Origin: Octopus sinensis
Lineage: Eukaryota
DNA: 28,302 bases
NCBI RefSeq assembly: GCF_006345805.1
Contig: NW_021827510.1
Coordinates: 1-28,302, forward strand
Reading direction: 5' to 3'
The notes under the pieces were generated by a model, which was not told where the DNA came from, searched no databases, and saw nothing but the letters and a program-made list of their open reading frames with translations. Of the stretch, positions 10,441 to 21,118 are shown one piece after another. The translations under genes were made by a program, and so were the position numbers. The first letter of the stretch is position 1. Every line of letters begins with the position of its first letter.

Positions 10441-12170
10441 AGAAGACAGGAAGATATTAAGGCTAATTAGAAGATAGAGTACTTGAAAAAGAAATATTAA
10501 CAATATTAAAGTTTGTGGGTAAAAACGTTATTTAATCTTAAGGCTAATTAGGGGATAGAGTATCTGAAAATGTATTAGCAATATTAATATTATATTAGAG
10601 TGGGGGTAAAAACGTTGTTTAATCTTAAGGCTAATTAGGAGATAGAGTATCTGAAAATATATTAGCAATATTAATATTATATTAGAGTGTGGGTAAAAAC
10701 GTTATTTAATCTTAAGGCTAATTTGGAGATAGAGTATCTGAAAATATATTAGCAATATTAATATTATATTAGAGTGTGGGTAATATTAAACGTTATTCAA
10801 TTTAATCTTAAGGCTAATTAGAAGACAGAGTATCTGAAAAATTATTAACAATATTAAGCGTTATTTAATTTAATCTTAAGGCTAATTAGACGTTATTAAT
10901 ATTAAACGTTATTTAATTTAATCTTAAGGCTAATTAGAAGATAGAGTATCTGAAAATATATTAGCAATATTAATATTATATTAGAGTGTGGATAAAAACG
11001 TTATTTAATCTTAAGGCTAATTAGGAGATAGAGTATCTGAAAATATATTAGCAATATTAATATTATATTAGAGTGTGGGTAAAAACGTTGTTTAATCTTA
11101 AGGCTAATTAGGAGATAGAGTATCTGAAAATATATTAGCAATATTAATATTATATTAGAGTGTGGGTAAAAACGTTATTTAATCTTAAGGCTAATTTGGA
11201 GATAGAGTATCTGAAAATATATTAGCAATATTAATATTATATTAGAGTGTGGGTAATATTAAACGTTATTCAATTTAATCTTAAGGCTAATTAGAAGACA
11301 GAGTATCTGAAAAATTATTAACAATATTAAGCAATATTAAACGTTATTTAATTTAATCTTAAGGCTAATTAGACGTTATTAATATTAAACGTTATTTAAT
11401 TTAATCTTAAGGCTAATTAGAAGATAGAGTATCTGAAAATATATTAGCAATATTAATATTATATTAGAGTGTGGATAAAAACGTTATTTAATCTTAAGGC
11501 TAATTAGGAGATAGAGTATCTGAAAATATATTAGCAATATTAATATTATATTAGAGTGTGGGTAATATTAAACGTTATTTAATTTAATCTTAAGGCTAAT
11601 TAGAAGATAGAGTATCTGAAAAATTATTAACAATATTAAAACAATATTAAACGTTATTTAATTTAATCTTAAGGCTAATTAACAATAATTATTAACAATA
11701 TTAAACAATATTAAACGTTATTTAATTTAATCCTAAGGCTAATTAGACGTTATTAATATTAAACGTTATTTAATTTAATCTTAAGGCTAATTAGAAGATA
11801 GAGTATCTGAAAAATTATTATATGGAGAACAGATATTGAAAATGTAAACAAACAAAAATTATATTAGAGTGTAGGTAATATTAAACGTTATGTAATTTAA
11901 TCTTAAGGCTAATTAGAAGATAGAGTATCTGAAAAATTATTAACAATATTAAACAATATTAAACGTTATTTAATTTAATCTTAAGGCTAATTAACAATAA
12001 TTATTAACAATATTAAACAATATTAAACGTTATTTAATTTAATCTTAAGGCTAATTAGACGTTATCAATATTAAACATTATTTAATTTAATCTTAAGGCT
12101 AATTAGAAGATAGAGTATCTGAAAAATTATTATATCGAAAACAGATATTGAAAATGTAAACAAATAAAAA
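10441..12170. repeat. AT-rich tandem array with higher-order structure: 22 copies of the core TAAGGCTAATT, longest monomer 87 bp
   Basis: Cores counted by eye. Diagnostic variants recur at 473-bp spacing (10621/11094, 10708/11181, 10804/11277) and about 312-bp spacing (11586/11899, 11777/12089). Confidence 0.93.
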
Positions 12171-12181
12171 TATATACATAC

Positions 12182-12214
<33 letters not shown>

Positions 12215-12220
12215 CATATT

Positions 12221-12263
12221 GATTACATCAATATAAAGGAAGACGAAGTAATAAAGGCTATAG
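12221..12263 (+). mobile_element. 43-bp CR1 ORF2 snippet (DYINIKEDEVIKAI)
   Basis: 39/43 identical to the reverse complement of 8120-8162 and 40/43 to that of 58-100. Confidence 0.75.
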
Positions 12264-12434
12264 GAAAAGTAAGGAACTTATGTCAGCATCAAGATGCACA
12301 AAATAGAAATAATGTAAATAATGATTTCAGCTCTAACAACGTCGACACACCATATTTAACAAAAATAATTTACGGACTAGGGGAGGCAATCGTAAACCAA
12401 CACCAATTCTCCAACACAGAAATACTCCCCTTAA

Positions 12435-13433
12435 TGTAAGTCCCAAAAAAACTATATCTGGTTTATCATTCCTTTCGGGAAACAAATCACGTCTAACCTC
12501 CCTTTACAGTTCCGTGAAGCCGTAGCTAGAAACTTTCCGAGGAATTCTAGGTATTACTCTACTATTAATTCGCATAAGGTAAGGATTGCATTCTCCAACA
12601 CTAGAAATCTATTGCAGATCATTGCCTCCCATAATAACAAGCTGCTAAATAAGGACTCATCACCCGAGAGTAGCGACACTGCCCTTTCCAATTCCAACCA
12701 AACATACAATAATAATAATAATAATAGAAATAGTATTGATAATAGCAACATTCATAGCAGCTTTGGCATTAACAATAGTAATATTAATAATAATATTAAA
12801 TCGATTGTTAACAGTGGTAGTCATAGTGGTAATAACGACAGCATTTATAATAACAGTGGTAGTATTGATGACAACAACCCCAACATTCCTATAGTCAGGG
12901 AAATTACCGACGATAATACAATTAATAGTAATGATAATAATATGAATAGTATTGTGGTCAATGCTAGCAATAATATTAACACCAATCATAACAATAAAAA
13001 CTCCGTCTTAGTCTCGGAGGTAAACCCTAACAGAATAAAGTTCTTATCCAGCAATTCCAAAATTAGAAATTCCATTTACCAGTGCAAAATTTCTTCAGGT
13101 ACCGATGTCTTCTTCTACATAGGGGCAACTACTTCTAAATTAGCCCACAGGATCTCCAACCATTATTCAACTTTCCGAGATAAGAGAAAACAACACAGCA
13201 CAGGACTAAGTAAAATAGTTTGGTGTCTTAAGGACAATAATACAACTTTCAAGCTGGAATGGTCCATATTGTCTGTTTCCTTTCCGTTTGATAAAGGCAG
13301 AAAATTTTGTGGCGTCTGTAATTCTGAACTTTTCCATATTTTGTTTGCCAAAGTTCCTTTAATAAATACAATGGTCGAGAAATCCTTTAGATGCATGCAT
13401 TGGCAAAAACACACTTTTCACTCATATGAATAA
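12435..13433 (+). CDS. Uninterrupted PLE linker plus GIY-YIG endonuclease frame (333 codons, no RT, no in-frame ATG at the 5' end)
   Basis: Frame opens after the TAA at 12432-12434. Motifs SIYQC...FYIGAT...RISNH...CGVCNSE...LIN...CMHWQKH, with an Asn-rich insert before the nuclease. Confidence 0.75.
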   Translation, partial: CKSQKNYIWFIIPFGKQITSNLPLQFREAVARNFPRNSRYYSTINSHKVRIAFSNTRNLLQIIASHNNKLLNKDSSPESSDTALSNSNQTYNNNNNNRNSIDNSNIHSSFGINNSNINNNIKSIVNSGSHSGNNDSIYNNSGSIDDNNPNIPIVREITDDNTINSNDNNMNSIVVNASNNINTNHNNKNSVLVSEVNPNRIKFLSSNSKIRNSIYQCKISSGTDVFFYIGATTSKLAHRISNHYSTFRDKRKQHSTGLSKIVWCLKDNNTTFKLEWSILSVSFPFDKGRKFCGVCNSELFHILFAKVPLINTMVEKSFRCMHWQKHTFHSYE

Positions 13434-13992
13434 TGATTAATATAGATAACCTCCTTGAACTTTAATAATATAGTCCAATTTATATATCACCCCCATAGTC
13501 AATTTTTATACTCTTAAAGAACTACTACCCAACCCTTTGAGGTGTGTTTTACCTTTGTCTCTATAACTCGCCCTCCTCTCTCTCTCTCTCTTTCCCTCTC
13601 TCTATAGTAAGCACAATCAAACACACAGACACAAACCTGTCAATTAACCACTGTCTATTTTTAGCATCTACTCATCCACACACATAATCACACACACAAC
13701 TACACACACATAGCCATTAATGCAGTTATATACATACACACACATAGGCACTCATCCACAAAAGAAAACAACAAAATCACCATTCATTTGACCTGCACCC
13801 TTTTACCTTACTATTCTTAGGTCTCTCTCCTCCAACCTTCTTTGAACCCTTGAACCTTCTAGAATCTTCTACATTCAACCATTTTTGACGTCACTGCCTA
13901 TAACGGAATATTTTAAAGAAACACTCACTATCGCTATGGGCTCCGTGTGGGCAAACATCTAAAAAATTTTGTGCATCTTGATGCTGACATAA

Positions 13993-14098
13993 GTTCCTTA
14001 CTTTTCCTGATGAGAAAGCGGCATAATGCACCCCTTATTCCTTCAGAATTAGGAATATGCAGCCTTCGAAACATATGTCGAAAATAAAATAAAGGAAT
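13993..14098 (+). ncRNA. Type I hammerhead ribozyme (PLE-associated)
   Basis: Stem I ttttc/gaaaa plus ttcctt/aaggaa; core CTGATGA at 14007-14013; long stem II (gaaagcggcata/tatgcagccttc and tattcct/aggaata); GAAA at 14068-14071; palindromic stem III ACATATGT; predicted cleavage after GUC (C14079). Confidence 0.85.
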
Positions 14099-14132
14099 TT
14101 TGTTAATTCGTCGTTCAACTCCATTCTTTCAT

Positions 14133-14217
14133 TTATATGTACATATATATATATATATAAATATGTACGTATATATACTACATATATATATGTACATATA
14201 TATATATAAATAAATAT

Positions 14218-14263
<46 letters not shown>

Positions 14264-14570
14264 AATAAATATGTACATATATATTATATATATATATATA
14301 ATATATATATATGTATATAAATAAATATGTACATATATATATAATATATAATATATATATATATATTATATATATATATAGATATTATATATATATATAT
14401 ATATATGTATATAAATAAATATGTACATATATATATATTATATATATAAATATGTACATATATATTATATATATATATAAATAAATATGTACATATAATA
14501 TATATATATATATTATATATATAAATAAATATGTACATATATATATATATATATATAAATAAATATGTAC

Positions 14571-14601
<31 letters not shown>

Positions 14602-14665
14602 TGTACATATATATATATATATATAAATAAATATGTACATATATATATATATATAAATAAATATG

Positions 14666-14699
<34 letters not shown>

Positions 14700-14791
14700 T
14701 ATATATATATATATATATAAATATGTACATATATAATATATATATATATATATATGTATACATATATATATATATATAAATATGTACATAT

Positions 14792-14879
<88 letters not shown>

Positions 14880-14880
14880 G
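14133..14880. repeat. (TA)n-based micro/minisatellite with recurring ATAAATAAATATGTACATAT unit
   Basis: Direct inspection. Confidence 0.9.
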
Positions 14881-15004
14881 TAAATGTAATATGTATGTGA
14901 CAATTATTCGGAAGCCATGATAAAACTCCGAGTTTTACATATAAATTCCTCTATTTACATAATATCGAGGTCTCTTACTTTCTTTTGTTATCTTACCATT
15001 TTTA

Positions 15005-15064
<60 letters not shown>

Positions 15065-15117
15065 TATATGTATATATATTATATATATATATATATACAC
15101 ACATACAAACACATGCA

Positions 15118-15560
15118 TTTATGGGTACTGGACTTCACCAACGGTGCAAATGACATGAAATACATAAACAAATGAGGGAAAAACAAGTCAAATATGTAAA
15201 CAATGAGAAAAAAATGGAAAAGAAGATAAGTAAACACAGAGAAAGGACCCTTCATCAGTTGTTGGCTATCTGTTTACTCCTCATTTTGAGAATTCAATGA
15301 CAATATGAGTCTTCAAAGACAGTTGCTCCCATAAATTCTAAAATAAAATTAAGGATTTATGGAAGGTCAAAGGTGGGAACAAAATAATGACAGTGGAGAT
15401 ATACAAGAAAATTGAATGGAAACAAACATGGAGGGTCGTTAGCCCAGTATGAGCGGAAAATAGTGACTGCTGGGAGGAACATTTCTTTTTGAAAACAGAA
15501 AAGATAGAAGAGAGAGGGAAAAATACATCTGCTCTTTTAAATGTTTATGCAGGAAAAGAA
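15118..15560 (-). mobile_element. Probable PLE-type terminal repeat remnant
   Basis: Begins (plus strand) with atgggtactggac next to a microsatellite; the same terminus recurs at about 16651 and 25615. It carries degenerate hammerhead-like words but no coding evidence. Confidence 0.4.
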
Positions 15561-15803
15561 AGATGGTCACGTGAGGAAAAGATAGATGGACACTGGTTAC
15601 ATGTGAGCAACGAATGAGAGAGAGAAAGAGAGAGAGAGAGAGAGAAAGATAGGAGAGAGACAGATCGAAAATTGGTGAAGGAGGGAAGGGGAGAAAAATG
15701 GAGTTAGAGAAGAATGGAGGAAGAAAACAGTATAGAGTAGAGAGTTGCATCAAAAAGGTGAAGATAAACTTACTTGGAAATGGATGCATGTGTGTATGTG
15801 TGT

Positions 15804-15852
<49 letters not shown>

Positions 15853-16235
15853 CGTTTGTATCTGAGAGGGAAGAAGAAGTATTATTTCCGTTGGCCTGCT
15901 GGACCTCCTGTGGTTTTCTAAGAATTTTGGCTCTCTGTCCAGTCTGGTGTCACTGAGTGTGTGTTGTGCGTAGGCTGGCCAGACAAATGTCATTTGGGGT
16001 CACACTTTCTATGATTGCACACAAACACACATGGACACACAGAGAGACACACACACACACCTCCACAAAACGATCATAGAAAGTGTGACCCCAAATGACA
16101 TTTGTCCGGCCAGCCTACGCACAACACACACTCAGTGACACCAGACTGGACAGAGAGCCAAAATTCTTAGAAAACCACAGGAGGTCCAGCAGGCCAACGG
16201 AAATAATACTTCTTCTTCCCTCTCAGATACAAACG
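15853..16235. repeat. Long inverted repeat: 163-bp arms (15853-16015 / 16073-16235), 57-bp spacer, extended by (GT)n/(CA)n flanks
   Basis: Arms compared base by base: 1 mismatch. Confidence 0.97.
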
Positions 16236-16267
<32 letters not shown>

Positions 16268-16581
16268 TACACACACACACATACACATACACACATGTTT
16301 TCTCTGTCTCACTTCCTCCTCACCCTTTTATACTGTCTTATTCCTCCCCACTACTACGAAACTATAAAATGTTCAAATTCCCCACCACGGAATTGATTTG
16401 ATTTGAAAACCCCACTGGATTGGGAGAAAGCGCTAATAATCCGAATGATATGATCTGAATGATATGATATATATGTAAAAAATGTAATATATAAATAAAT
16501 ATCTATAAATATGAACCATCCGATCTGATTACCTCATTTTTTCTAATATATAATACCTGTACATCATCTCCAAACCTTCCA

Positions 16582-16638
<57 letters not shown>

Positions 16639-17429
16639 ACACAAGCATATATGGGTACAGGACGTCACTAACAGTGCAAATAACATATATTATATACATA
16701 TATATACACACATACATACATGCATAGAGAAGGAGAGAGAGAGAGAGAGAGAAGAAACATCCCCACTCAGACACCCAGTTAATTCCGCTTAATTACCTGA
16801 GCAAAATACAGATATATAATTACATAATTTAGTTAACTGCATATGCAAATAATACAAATTTAGGTAAATTACATCATAAATTTAATAAACATACATTTTG
16901 CCTCACTGCTCAAATAGACTATATAATTAAACCACATGCTCTTTATACACACTGAACTGCAAGACAATTCAACTAGTTTGTCTGGTCATTACTAGTTCAC
17001 AGTGCCATTATTGGAAAAGACTTCAATGTATACACCACTTCCTGGTTTTAAAGTAGCACAGATAACAAGATGGTGACATAATGTCATTTTAGTCAGACTC
17101 CCTTTACATCTTACACAATCAAAACCAACACACATACATACTTCCCTAAGTCAATTACGGCAGTTCTTCAGATATCACTTCTGCTCTCCAAACTTAGCTA
17201 CCACAATCCTTGGCAAACAATTCTCCAATTTTTCTCAAAGTAACTACCAATTATCATCACAACACATTTGCACATCAATGAAGGAAGCAAAAACCCTGTT
17301 TACAAATCTCAAAAGTACACAAAGGAATAAGTTCAACCAAGAATTTACTATAGATACATTTGTGTCTAATGTAATGGACAGATTAAGACCTTCAAAAAAG
17401 CCTATCAGGTTCTTCCTGAATTTATCTAT

Positions 17430-19030
17430 GGCACATTCAGATGGTGCTTTTTACATGCCACTGGCACAGGAGCTTGTCAGGAGTTACTGGCATCGGTCAC
17501 GATCGGTTGGTGCTTTTTACATGCTACCGGCACAGGAGCCAGTCAGACGGACCTGGCATCAACCACGTTCAGATGGTGCTTTTTACATGCCATCGGCACT
17601 GGAGACAGTCAGAGGGCACTGGCCCCAGCTACGATATTGGTTTTACTTGACTCAACAGGTCTTCTCAAGCATATTGTATTGCCCAATGCATCAGGAGTAT
17701 TCTTAATAGGGCTGGACGTGTGTGGCTGCGATCTAACTTTAGTTGCCAGGTCTTCTCAACCACAACGTATCTCCAAAGGTCCCGGCCTCTGTGAGGCCCA
17801 ATGTTTGAAAGTCATCCTATGTCTTCCTGGGTCTACCTATTTCACAGGTTACTTCTACAGTTAGAGAGTGGCACTTCCTCACACAGCTTCATTCATATGT
17901 AACACATGAGCATACCAGCGCAGTCACCTCTCTGGTACACCACATTTGATGCTTCTTACACCCAAATTTTCTCTTGGGGCACTTACATTCTGTCGTGTAT
18001 GCACACTGACATTACACATCCAACTAGCTTCATCTCTTTCAAGCCTACGCATGTCCTCGGCATTCATGACCCATGTTTCACTGCCGTGTAGCATGGCAGT
18101 TCGCACACATGCATCATACAGTCAACCTTTCACCCTGAGCAAGAGACCCTTAGTTGCCAGCAGAGGTAGGAGCTCCCTGAACTTTACCCAGGCTATTCTT
18201 ACTCTAGTCACTACACTATCAGAGCAACCACCCCCACTACAGACTTAGTCACTTAGTTTCTTCCCCTGGCATGTGATGGAATCTGTTTTCTGTACATCTT
18301 CAGAGTTTATTACCCCAGTGCATCTGCCACACACAAAAACTATTTTCTTGGTTAACCTTCCTTTGATATTGCTGCACCTTTTATGTGTTCATAGCTTACA
18401 CATCAAACATTGTATGGAGTTTCTATCCACACCTTTTTTACAGATGAAGCAGGGCCATCTGCCTGAAGTGGGTTGTGATTTGACAGCCTTCCTACTTACT
18501 AAGACGTAGGTTTTGGCTAGGTTAACCCTAAGGCCCTCAGATTCTAGACCTTGCTTCCACACCCTAAACCTTGTCTCCAGTTCTGGCAGTGACTCGGCTA
18601 TTAGAGCGAGGTCATCAGCATAGAGGTGCTCCAAGGGGCAGCCTGTCTTGAATTCCTCTGTTATTGTCTGGAGGACTATAATGAATAAGAGGGGGCTGAG
18701 GACTGATCCTTGGTGAATCCCAACTTCTACTCAGAATTTTTCACTATACTCGTTGCCAACCCTCACCTTACTGACAGTGTCCCTGTACAGAGCTTGTACA
18801 GTTCTTACCAGCCACTTGTCTATCCCCAGTTTCTGCATTGACCACTAGATAAGGGATCGGGGGACCCTGTCATAGGCTTTCTCCAAGTCAACAAAGGCCA
18901 AGTACAAAGGTTTATCTTTGGCTAGGTATTTCTCCTGCAGTTGCCTTACCAGAAATATAGCATCAGTGGTGCTTCTGCCTGACACAAAACCAAACTGCAT
19001 CTCATCTAGGCTAACTCTCTCCCTAATTAG
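17430..19030 (-). mobile_element. 5'-truncated, decayed RTE-clade LINE (RT with internal Cys/His finger, tandem-unit 3' UTR)
   Basis: Translated pieces DEMQFGF, AFVDLEKAYDRVPR, HQGSVLSPLLF, LYADDLAL, MLHGSETW...LER. Three ggtgctttttacatgc units lie in the 3' UTR. Confidence 0.9.
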
Positions 19031-19256
19031 TTATATGCATATATATATATATATGCATATATTCATGTGTAACTACATATATGAACACACATGCACACAC
19101 ACACAAACTGTTCATATATAGATATAAGTGTGTGTAATACTTAATTATAAAGAAACTAGAGAAGTGCTAATCCAATCCTTCTGCTTTCCATATATCAACT
19201 TAAATATGCTTACACATGCACACATATATAATGTTTAAGGAATGAAATTTTCTTAC

Positions 19257-19343
19257 AATTCTTAAAGGGACAAAAACCGGTATTCCACCAGCAGTTCTGA
19301 CCATTGGTTCATAGCAGTCAAAAAATGGCTCAATGATAATAAC
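19257..19343 (-). CDS. KYAT1/KYAT3: Internal 87-nt phase-0 exon of kynurenine--oxoglutarate aminotransferase (class I PLP aminotransferase)
   Basis: Translates [29 protein letters not shown], matching KYAT1 [22 protein letters not shown] from memory. It has a polypyrimidine tract with a CAG acceptor (AG at 19345-19344) and a GTAAGA donor (GT at 19256-19255). Confidence 0.9.
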
Positions 19344-19389
19344 CTGTGACATGGAAAAACAAAAATGAGAAAAAAAGCCATTTGTAATT

Positions 19390-19465
19390 ATTTGCATACA
19401 ACAATAACAAACAATTTGCATACAAGAATAACAAACAATTTGCATACAAGAATAACAAACAATAA
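19390..19465. repeat. 24-bp tandem repeat x3 containing ATTTGCAT
   Basis: Unit aataacaaacaatttgcatacaag; ATTTGCAT starts at 19390, 19414 and 19438. Confidence 0.9.
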
Positions 19466-20801
19466 TAGAACATTAACCCTTTGAAGACGTAGTCTTATTT
19501 GGAATTTCAGTGCCAAGAAGATGGAGCCCTTTTCATAAGCCCTACAAAGGGCATGCACTTATTTTTTTTAAAAAGTTATAAAAGATAAATTAATGACTTT
19601 ACATATATAAACCTACATCCATGTAGGAAATTGAATGAACTAATACAATCTTCTTCATCATTCAACATTTCGGCTGATAGATTGGCCCTTTCATCTCCTA
19701 AGGGTTAATATGTATTCATCAAAGGATCTTTTCCTGGGCAGTATTTTATGAAAAGGATTGCCAACAAGGAGGACATCCTGATGGCAACACTTTTAGTCAC
19801 TGTATGGATACAGTATACCTATTCTGAACCAAGTTAAATTTATTAGAGAATGGGAAAGGCTGAGAATGACATGGCTAAAGCAGATGGAGAAAATATAGAA
19901 AAGTGGAGTGGTTAGTGAGGCAGTGATATAGAGGATATGGTAAAATGACCTTAAAACAGTTGTATTGTTAAGTACTTCAAATGAAGTAAATCCCTAATGC
20001 TGAAAGCAATATTTCAGACTTCAATCTCTGGTAAAAATCACAAAATGGAAGCAGAATCAGTGATTTACATCTCTCTATTTAGGTATGCAAATAGTTGCTT
20101 TTAATATATCACAAAAAAAAAAAAAAAAAAGAACACTAAGGTTAATTAATTATATAAAAACCTTGATAGCAAGGCAAACTTGCTACAAAGTTCTTTATCA
20201 AAACACACACTGTCTTTTCTTATCTCAGCATAAAATTTTCATTGAGGGAAAACACTGCAACTTACACAAAATTTCATTCCTGAAGAAATTTACAACCTGT
20301 TCATGCATTACTGTTAAATAGTAATTCTTAAAGCACACCCCCATCAGGATAACACAAAATAATGTAGGAGCCTTTATGCAGTGGTTCAACTTGCTTGAAA
20401 TAGCATAAACAAAAGCAAAACATCTTCCATTTTTTCTATAATATCTATCTGCAGCAATTTTGTAATAGCTACTGTAACTTTATCTTTCAACAAAGAGTGA
20501 AGTAGTTTTATTTGTTAAACAAAATGATCCAATATCCTAATCAAAAAAATTCTTTAAATGCATCACCCTTATTTTCAGTGTGTCAAATTAAGGATATGAT
20601 GGAACTAATTTAATTACAATTTTTAATAAACATAAATCATGGGTATTTCATAAGTCAGTTTTTTGGGGTTTTTTTCACAATTACATCTTGTACAGATCAA
20701 TTAATTTGTTATAAATCTGTCTATAATTCTCAAAGAAAATTTCCCTCTACATATAATCAACCTTTCTTCTACTCAATGATTTCTTCATAATCTTTTTCCA
20801 A

Positions 20802-21118
20802 TTAGGTCATCCCATAAATAATGCAGTTTTTTTCAATTGCATGAACTAATAGTAGGAGAGGCATGGGTTAAATTACTAGCATCAACTTGTTATAAAAGCA
20901 GCTAGTAATTTTACCTTGTACTTGTTCTTAATGCAAATTCTGAAGAGTGCAGTTCGATTTTAACAGCTATTTTTTCAAAGCTATAATGGAAGTGGCAAAG
21001 GAGCATATTCAACATATTTTGCTTTATGAGTTCAATAAAGGCAAGAATGCAACAGAAAGAGCGAGAAATATTAATGCAGTATATCAGTATCAGACAAGAA
21101 GCATCAGCCAGTGTCAAC
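20802..21118 (+). mobile_element. Mariner (Tc1/mariner) 5' remnant: probable left TIR plus transposase N-terminal HTH
   Basis: From the ATG at 20986: MEVAKEHIQHILLYEFNKGKNATERARNINAVY, then SISQCQ after a frameshift. A ttaggtcatccc TIR-like start lies at 20802. Confidence 0.8.

Larger units (their letters stand above)
6456..12170 (-). mobile_element. Apparently full-length CR1-group non-LTR retrotransposon (5' tandem array, ORF1, ORF2, 3' stem-loop, (AAAATC)n tail)
   Basis: ORF1 at 10395-9484 and APE-RT ORF2 at 9532-6539. The 3' UTR has the conserved stem-loop, and (TA)n lies on both flanks. Inclusion of the 10441-12170 array is inferred from position. Confidence 0.85.
12262..14132 (+). mobile_element. 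5'-truncated Penelope-like element (PLE2) with inverted 5' cap, linker and GIY-YIG, 3' UTR and terminal hammerhead
   Basis: Linker IWFIIPFGKQITSNL...FPRNSRY...KVRIAFS...IIASHNNKLL, then GIY-YIG, CT/CA-rich 3' UTR, hammerhead and (TA)n. Confidence 0.85.

Noticed and set aside
10441-12170. CRISPR-like repeat/spacer appearance of the array
   Set aside because: The sequences between cores are homologous to each other and recur in higher-order blocks rather than being unique spacers. There are no cas genes and the context is eukaryotic.
12435-13433. A novel endonuclease-only autonomous element
   Set aside because: The frame begins in the post-RT linker with no start codon. 5' truncation of a normal RT-EN PLE is the simpler explanation unless multiple copies share this exact 5' end.
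15250-15330. CTGATGA and TTGAAGA words on the minus strand
   Set aside because: No intact GAAA with a compatible set of stems could be built.
20802-21118. Functional mariner transposase
   Set aside because: Only about 45 N-terminal codons remain. There is no catalytic DD34D domain or right TIR, and the sequence is interrupted by an RTE fragment.
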